Both the position numbers and the translations under genes were made by a program. A model generated the notes under the pieces. It did no database searches, was not told where the DNA came from, and saw only the letters and a program-made list of their open reading frames with translations. A DNA stretch of 20,000 nt. Source: Lama guanicoe (lineage: Eukaryota). Of this stretch, positions 15,401-20,000 are shown piece by piece (the stretch's first letter is position 1; the number at the start of each line of letters is the position of its first letter). The stretch spans positions 2,275,779-2,295,778 of the forward strand of contig MU054338.1 of the NCBI GenBank assembly GCA_013239625.1, written 5' to 3'.

Positions 15401-15582
15401 AGCAGGCCGGCGCCGCGCGAGCTGTAGGCGCGCACCGAGTGCAGGTAGAGCAGCAGGTAGGTGAACCACATGGACGCGCACAGGTCGTTGAGGAAGTGGC
15501 CCACGGCGTAGCTCAGCCGCGCGACCAGGGACAGCGGCCGCGGGGGCGCCCCCGCTCCGGCCGCCGGGGGCCCCGGACCCAT
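6381..15582 (-). CDS. MFSD12: MFSD12, lysosomal/melanosomal MFS cysteine importer; 10 coding exons: join(15285-15582, 11384-11549, 9500-9638, 9208-9390, 8818-8910, 8632-8724, 7954-8124, 7776-7870, 6518-6648, 6381-6403); 1392 nt = 463 aa + stop
   Basis: The exons translate to recognisable MFSD12 peptides ([74 protein letters not shown]). All introns are GT-AG with consistent phases. The start has a Kozak context GCCGCCATGG. The 3' end of exon 2 is anomalous (see findings). Confidence 0.96.
6518..6648 (-). CDS. MFSD12: MFSD12 coding exon 9 (131 nt)
   Basis: [50 protein letters not shown]; donor T|GTGAGT, phase 1. Confidence 0.94.
7120..7300 (+). mobile_element. L2 fragment
   Basis: TTGTTCCTCCAACATGCCAGGCAC, GGCTTTTGCATGTGCT, AATGTCACCTCCTCAAGGAAGCCCTCCCTGACC. 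Confidence 0.65.
7776..7870 (-). CDS. MFSD12: MFSD12 coding exon 8 (95 nt)
   Basis: [37 protein letters not shown]; donor AC|GTGAGT, phase 2. Confidence 0.95.
7954..8124 (-). CDS. MFSD12: MFSD12 coding exon 7 (171 nt)
   Basis: [26 protein letters not shown]...[10 protein letters not shown]; donor ACG|GTAGG. Confidence 0.95.
8288..8458. mobile_element. MER3/MER33-like hAT DNA transposon remnant
   Basis: ATTCAGTTCCTCAGCC...TGGCTACTGAACTGGACAGCACAG and GCCACTAG motifs; diverged. Confidence 0.55.
8560..8640. repeat. ~40-bp tandem duplication spanning the MFSD12 exon 6 donor
   Basis: CGCCCACTCACGTTCCT at 8581-8597 and 8621-8637; CCGCCCCCTGCCT at 8561 and 8600. Confidence 0.85.
8632..8724 (-). 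CDS. MFSD12: MFSD12 coding exon 6 (93 nt)
   Basis: [37 protein letters not shown]; donor AAC|GTGAGT. Confidence 0.94.
8818..8910 (-). CDS. MFSD12: MFSD12 coding exon 5 (93 nt)
   Basis: [37 protein letters not shown]; donor AAG|GTGAG. Confidence 0.95.
9208..9390 (-). CDS. MFSD12: MFSD12 coding exon 4 (183 nt), includes a dileucine-type lysosomal sorting motif EHSPLL
   Basis: [27 protein letters not shown]...[12 protein letters not shown]; donor CAG|GTACGT. Confidence 0.95.
9500..9638 (-). CDS. MFSD12: MFSD12 coding exon 3 (139 nt)
   Basis: [36 protein letters not shown]...QDVPVFR; donor CGG|GTGAG. Confidence 0.95.
10752..11275 (+). mobile_element. MaLR solo LTR (MLT1E/F-like) in MFSD12 intron 2
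   Basis: Begins TGTGGCAGGCAGGACTCCAAGGTGG, ends ..GCAGCAACAGCTGAGTGATACA; internal CAGCCCTAGCCAACACC, TAAACGTGTGCTG. Confidence 0.75.
11384..11549 (-). CDS. MFSD12: MFSD12 coding exon 2 (166 nt as modelled; ~45 nt shorter than expected)
   Basis: Acceptor [24 protein letters not shown]...QIAHLSLIP(E). Homology ends abruptly at CCGGA|GTGCGC, a weak phase-2 donor compatible with exon 3. The 3' boundary is uncertain. Confidence 0.8.
12330..12765 (+). mobile_element. L2 fragment
   Basis: CTCACTCTGCTCCAGCCACACGGGCCTCC, CCAGGGCCTTTG, TCAAATGCCACCTCCTC, 3' TTGAACGAGTGAAT. Confidence 0.75.
13165..13295 (+). mobile_element. MIR SINE
   Basis: CTCTGGGCAAGTGACTTTGCCTCTCTGGGCCTCCATTTCC...GATAATG...ACCTCACAAG..GTGAGAATTAA. 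Confidence 0.75.
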
Positions 15583-15900
15583 GGCGGCGCCCCGGGCTCT
15601 GGCCGGCCGTCTGTCGCCGTCAGACCGGACCTCCGGCCGGGACCGTCTGCGCCGCCGGCCGCGTCTTGCCCGCCTGCCCTACGGAGCGCTTTTACAGCTG
15701 ACGGCCGGCGTACCCAAGACTAAGGCCCGGGAGGGAAGGGAAATCCCGGGAGCGGCAGCCATCTCCACCAATCGGAGCCGCGCGCCAGGGACCGAGAGCC
15801 AATCACCACGAAGAAGGGCGTGGCCTCAGGGTTAACCCGGCCTCGACACCCGGCACCTACCCGGCCGCGGGGTCCTAGTGTCCACGTTATCACAGTGGTT
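15280..15900 (-). promoter_or_regulatory. CpG island / MFSD12 promoter with two CCAAT boxes (15768-15772, 15799-15803) and a kappaB-like site GGGAAATCCC (15738-15747)
   Basis: Very high GC and CpG density over exon 1 and upstream; motifs read directly from the sequence. Confidence 0.8.
15285..15582 (-). CDS. MFSD12: MFSD12 coding exon 1 (298 nt)
   Basis: ATG at 15582-15580 in [40 protein letters not shown]...RKAWHLV; donor G|GTAAG, phase 1. Confidence 0.96.
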
Positions 15901-16169
15901 GGCTGGACCCCTCCGACGGAGGTGGGGACAAGGCCAGAGGCGCCCCCAGTCAGACTCCCGCCTCCAGGCCCGCGCCATCTCAGACTGCCTGAAAGTTTAC
16001 TAGGCCTGCCGTGGACCGAGGAGGACTGAGCAGCAGGCTGGGGGCATGAGTGGGTGGAAGAGAGGCCTGAATCCGACCTCGCCTCTCCCCGGGGTCCGGT
16101 GACTTCCCGGCCCAGAGAGACCCAATCGGAAGCAGAGAGGACGCATCCGTTCTAATTAGTTAGTTATTA

Positions 16170-16400
16170 ACGATAATAATGGGGATAATCATAATGGTAA
16201 CACCAGCTGGCATTTAATGAGCACTGACTGTGCCAAGAGCTCCACGTGTTTTTTCTCATCCCAGCCTAGCAGGAGGCGGAGCAAGTCTCTCCGATTTTAC
16301 CTGCAAGAAGCTGGCCCAGAGAGGCGACAGAGGGTGCTCAGGGGCTCACAGTGACTCAGGGCCATGTGACTCTGAGGCTGGTGCTCTGGACCCTTCCCCA
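16170..16400 (-). mobile_element. MIR SINE (diverged)
   Basis: CATTTAATGAGCACTGACTGTGCCAAG, CCGATTTTAC...GGCCCAGAGAGG. Confidence 0.6.
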
Positions 16401-16499
16401 GCCTCCTTCAACGGCCCTCCCACGATTGGGTCACCATACAAGCAGTTTCAAGTTCCTCCAAGGGTTGGGTGCAAGTTCCCCCGGCCTCCAGGCCTCCTC

Positions 16500-16925
16500 C
16501 AGCAGTGGTTTAAAACCTGCACTCTGGAGCCAGTCATGGGATCCAGATCCAGCCCCACCCCCTCCTAGCTTTTTCAGCTTACCCAAGTCCTTTCACTTTG
16601 TGGGCCTCAGTCTCCCCAGCTCGACAATGAGTATAATGTACATTTAAAAGGATTTAAGTGTTAGCTCTTCATATTCTCAGCCGTAAAGCCTTTCCAGCAC
16701 CCTCTCCTCCCTACTCAGTTGTTACATCAGGTTCCACAGTATCCCAGGATGCCCCCATCACAACCCTGATATTGGCTCTCCTCCCCCACCCCATCTGTCC
16801 ATGGGTGGACCATGATCGCCATGAAGGCAGGGACTGAGCCACCCTACGTCACTGCATGGTCCCCAGCAAGGCCTGGCACCTAGTAGGAACACAAGAAATA
16901 TCTGTCAAATGATTGAATGGTGGAC
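16500..16925 (+). mobile_element. MIR fragment followed by L2 3' end
   Basis: GGGCCTCAGTCTCCCC; CATGAAGGCAGGGAC...GCCTGGCACCTAGTAGG..CAAGAAATATCTG...GAATGG. Confidence 0.6.
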
Positions 16926-17329
16926 ATATAGGCAGAGAATCAGAAATGCAGGCAGAAATTGGGAAACAGGAGGAAACCCACTTATAAACCTGAGGCTCAG
17001 GCAGCCAAAGGGGTGCCCAGCCCAGACCCCCACACTGAAGCTGGCCACCCACTGCCACACACACTCTTTCATAAAAAGGAGCTGGAAAAACAGGTGTGCA
17101 TGGGGGAATGGGGAATCTAGGAGAGAGAGCGATAGCGTGGCAGGGGAAGAGAGGAGATTAGGCGTAGACCGAGGAGATAAAGTGATAAGGAGAGATAAGA
17201 ACCACAAGCCTGTCCTCCCTGCTCGGCTCGCTCCCCTTCGATTTCTCTGTTTCTCTGTAGGAAATGGAAGACGACTTTTGAAAAATACTAGCGTAAGCTT
17301 TTTATTTCCTCACCTCCTTTCATCCCACA

Positions 17330-17480
17330 ACACCTCACACCCATTTTACAGATAAGAAAACTGAGGCTCAGACAGATATCCCTTGCCAGAGGGCTTGCAG
17401 CTAACCAGAGGTGAATTAAAGTTTCATTCATTCATTCATTCATTCATGAACTCAGTCATTCATTCATGAGCTCATTCACT
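17330..17480 (-). repeat. MIR core fragment plus (TTCA)n simple repeat / L2 tail
   Basis: CCCATTTTACAGATAAGAAAACTGAGGCTCAGA; TTCATTCATTCATTCATTCATTCA from ~17423. Confidence 0.7.
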
Positions 17481-18284
17481 CAGTGCATCTGATGCTGAGC
17501 AATGCTGGAGTTCCTGATCCTGAAGGCTGAAGCAGAGATAGAGCTTCACCCTCTGAGCCCGCCATGGTCAATGCTAGAGCTGAGGAATCAGACCAATAAG
17601 GGTGACTCAGTAGCAGATGAGGAGTTGGGACTTTGCCCTCAGGTCACCGGGGAGCCACAGTAGAGTTCTGAGAAGGGGAGAAGGCCAGATAAAAAGCCTG
17701 TGGAGGTAGAGGTGGGCGTGCGGGTGGGGACAGTTTATGCCTCAGCTGCATGGGTTGGGACACGAGTGAAGGGCTTAGGTGCCCTGAATAAAAGAGGGGG
17801 GTCTGATTTGCCTGGAAGATCAAAGAAGGCCCTGTCCAGGGGGAGGGCTATCAGGAAGGAGAGATAAATGCTCAGCCCTCAGGGGAGGACAGACCTACAG
17901 ACAGACACCAGCTTGTGGTAGGGAGAGATCCGGACAAACTTTGATGTTCCCAGCACATCCCCAGCCACCCTAGACATCAGAGATCAGATGTCCCGGTGGC
18001 CCCCGTCCAGCCCCAGGCAAGGTGCTTGCTTTGATTTTCTCTCTGCTCTGGTCAGGATGGGGGCACAGACAGGGGCGCAGAGAGGAGAGTTCTGAGGCTC
18101 AGAAAAAGTTGTCTTAGATCTCAGGGTAGCCGTGGGGTGCCTGCGGTTAAGACAGAACCCAGGCAGTTTCGTGCAAGCCACTGGGCCTCAGTTTTTCTGT
18201 AAAGTGAGGCAAGAGTAGCACCACTAAGTAGAGTTGCTGCGAGGCCTTAGGGAGATCAGGCAGGTGAAGAGCTTCTCCCCCCTA

Positions 18285-18496
18285 GAAGGGGGCCTCCCTA
18301 ACTGGGCATTATTGACAGTTGGCACCAGATGGCTCTTTGCGGTGGGTGCTGTCCTGGGCAATGCAGCATCTCTGGCCTCCACCCAGGGGGTGCCAGGAAC
18401 AACACCCGCCTCCAGTCATGACAACTAAAAATGTCTCTAGACCTCAGTCCCCTGGGGAGACCAAATCGCCCCCACCCCCGCGTTGGAACAACTGCT
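18285..18496. mobile_element. MER20 DNA transposon
   Basis: GGCATTATTGACAGTTGG, GCAGCATCTCTGGCCTCCACCC, ATGACAACTAAAAATGTCTCTAGAC, GGAACAACTG. Confidence 0.8.
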
Positions 18497-18539
18497 CTAG
18501 AAAATCCTCTGTAACAGGGGCCGGATTCCTTATGGACAA

Positions 18540-18722
18540 GACTAGCCAATGCTTTGTAGCACTGACCCGCCAGGTCTCAACCCAAGCACTGTGTGTGAAT
18601 TAAACCCATTAACTCTTTCCAACGAATTTGTGAAAGTAGACATGGTTATTATCCCACTTCATAGAGGGGCAAACTGAGGCACAGAGAATTTGGATAGGTG
18701 GCCCAAGTCACACAGCTGGGGC
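18540..18722 (-). mobile_element. MIR SINE
   Basis: TTATTATCCCACTTCATAGAGGGGCAAACTGAGGCACAGAGA...GCCCAAGTCACACAGCT. Confidence 0.75.
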
Positions 18723-19039
18723 TCAGCACTGCCTCCTTGAGCTTTTGAGGGTCCAGCAGCAGTGGGAGGTGCCCCCTCCTCAGCAGTCTGAGACCCCTGT
18801 CCTCACACCCCCTTCCTCACGGCAGCTGCGACTTCTGTTTCCCTTTTGCCCTCCCAGCCCTTCAATGCCCGTGAAAAGCAATCCCCTGTATTAAATTCGC
18901 TCTGTAAAAAAGCCTGAGGAAAGGCTGGGATCTCCTGGGAGCACCGACCACACCCTGATCCTTCCTGGTGGGGGAGGGCGGGTGGAGAGAAGTTGAACCA
19001 CCCCATGTTGGCAAATAAGCATTAAAACTATAAATTGGG

Positions 19040-19140
19040 GGTGGGGGGATGGGACTACAGCTCAGTGGTGAACGCGTGTGCTTAGTGTGAGGTCCTTGGT
19101 TCAATCCCCAGTACCTCCCATAAAAATAAATAAATAATTT
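19040..19140 (+). mobile_element. Short tRNA-derived SINE, resembling the camelid Vic-type SINE
   Basis: A-box TACAGCTCAGTGG, B-box GGTTCAATCCC, CAGTACCTCC, A-rich tail (TAAAAATAAATAAAT), degenerate TSD ATTAAAA..TAAAT.GG on both sides (19021, 19141). Confidence 0.75.
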
Positions 19141-19534
19141 ATTAAAATGTAAATGGGAGGCAGCAGACCCTAGCAATTTCATCTCCCTATTTGCCCTAGA
19201 AAAGCGGTCCGGGGCCCTCAGACAGCAGGTCGGGGACATTTGAAGCGGGGGCTGCAATAGAGTAACGTGGGGAAGGACCACTGGGAGCGGGTGGGCTCAT
19301 TACACAGGCGGTGCTGTAGTCCCGCTGTGAAATGTTACCTGCGGCAGAGGGAAGGAGGCACTGCTCTGGGCTTCACACATAAAGCCACTGGGAGGAAGAA
19401 ACCACAGGAGGAGTTTGCTGGTGGATGTGTACAGCGTGATGGCGTGTGATCACCAAAAGCAAGATGTGAGCTCACATCCCTTGGAGGAATATGTTTGTAC
19501 ATACGCACGTGTGTGCACGCGTGTTGTGCTTTCT

Positions 19535-19975
19535 ATTATGTACCCCCAATATTCCTAGGTGGACGTCCTAGCCAGAACCTCAGAATGTGACCTTATTTGG
19601 AGATGGGGTCGTTGCAGATGGAACAAGTTAAGATTGAGTCAAGATGAGTCACCCCGGAGCAGGCTGGTCCCTGGGACAACATGACTAGTGACTTTATAAA
19701 AAGGGAAAATGTGGGCACGGACACACACACCCAGGAAACATCACAGGAACATGAAAGCAGAGATTTCAGGAGGCTTCTACAAGTCAAGGAAGCTGCAGAT
19801 TGCCAGGGACCCCCTGCGAAAGTGCAGGGAGCACAGCACAGATTCTTCCAGAAGGAACCAGTCCTGGCCAAGCCCTTGATCTCGGACTTCTGGCCCTCAG
19901 AAGTATGAGACAATATATTTCTGGCGTTTAAGCCACCCAGTTTGTGGTGCTTTGTTCCTGAGGCCCTAGGAGATT
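19535..19975 (+). mobile_element. MaLR LTR (MLT1B/C-like)
   Basis: ACCTCAGAATGTGACCTTATTTGGAGATGGGGTC, TTGATCTCGGACTTCTGGCC, TTAAGCCACCCAGTTTGTGGTGCTTTGTT. Confidence 0.85.
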
Positions 19976-20000
19976 CTGTGTGTGTGGGTGGGTGGGTGGG

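Noticed and set aside
9596..15432. Known MFSD12 pigmentation variants (dog R51C, human Y182H, pony exon 3 frameshift; all recalled)
   Set aside because: R51 (LHSVR) and the Tyr in NITVYG are intact, and exon 3 is in frame.
15120..15835. Antisense ORFs over MFSD12 exon 1
   Set aside because: These are expected from stop-codon depletion in a CpG island and from the antisense of a GC-rich CDS.
16240..16372. MITF/TFEB E-boxes (CACGTG 16243, CATGTG 16363) and AP-1 site upstream of MFSD12
   Set aside because: These are short motifs with imperfect flanks inside a diverged MIR and are expected by chance.
19045..19120. tRNA gene
   Set aside because: The cloverleaf is degenerate, and the A-rich tail and TSD indicate a SINE.

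Overview
This is mammalian genomic DNA, not prokaryotic, and is syntenic with the human 19p13.3 FZR1-TEKTIP1(C19orf71)-MFSD12 block. A short tRNA-derived SINE suggests a camelid, which is an inference. The window holds a probable FZR1 3' UTR end (~1-760), the complete 4-exon TEKTIP1/C19orf71 CDS (+, 2881-5753, 207 aa) and the 10-exon MFSD12 CDS (-, 15582-6381) with its CpG-island promoter. It also holds many old repeats (L2, MIR, L1M, MLT1, MER20, MER3/33). The main anomaly is that MFSD12 exon 2 lacks the ~45 nt encoding the conserved loop peptide (human ~L156-R170, LVTNDHEKVELTALR, recalled). A weak in-frame donor GA|GTGCGC remains, giving a 463-aa protein. Alternatively, read-through or a cryptic donor includes a premature TAG. 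This makes it a candidate hypomorphic or null allele of a pheomelanin gene, unless it is an assembly or editing artefact. Secondary points are a 40-bp duplication that copies the exon 6 donor and an in-frame, stop-free intron 9. Most entries in the supplied ORF track are spurious GC-rich ORFs. Orthologue comparisons are from memory and were not searched.
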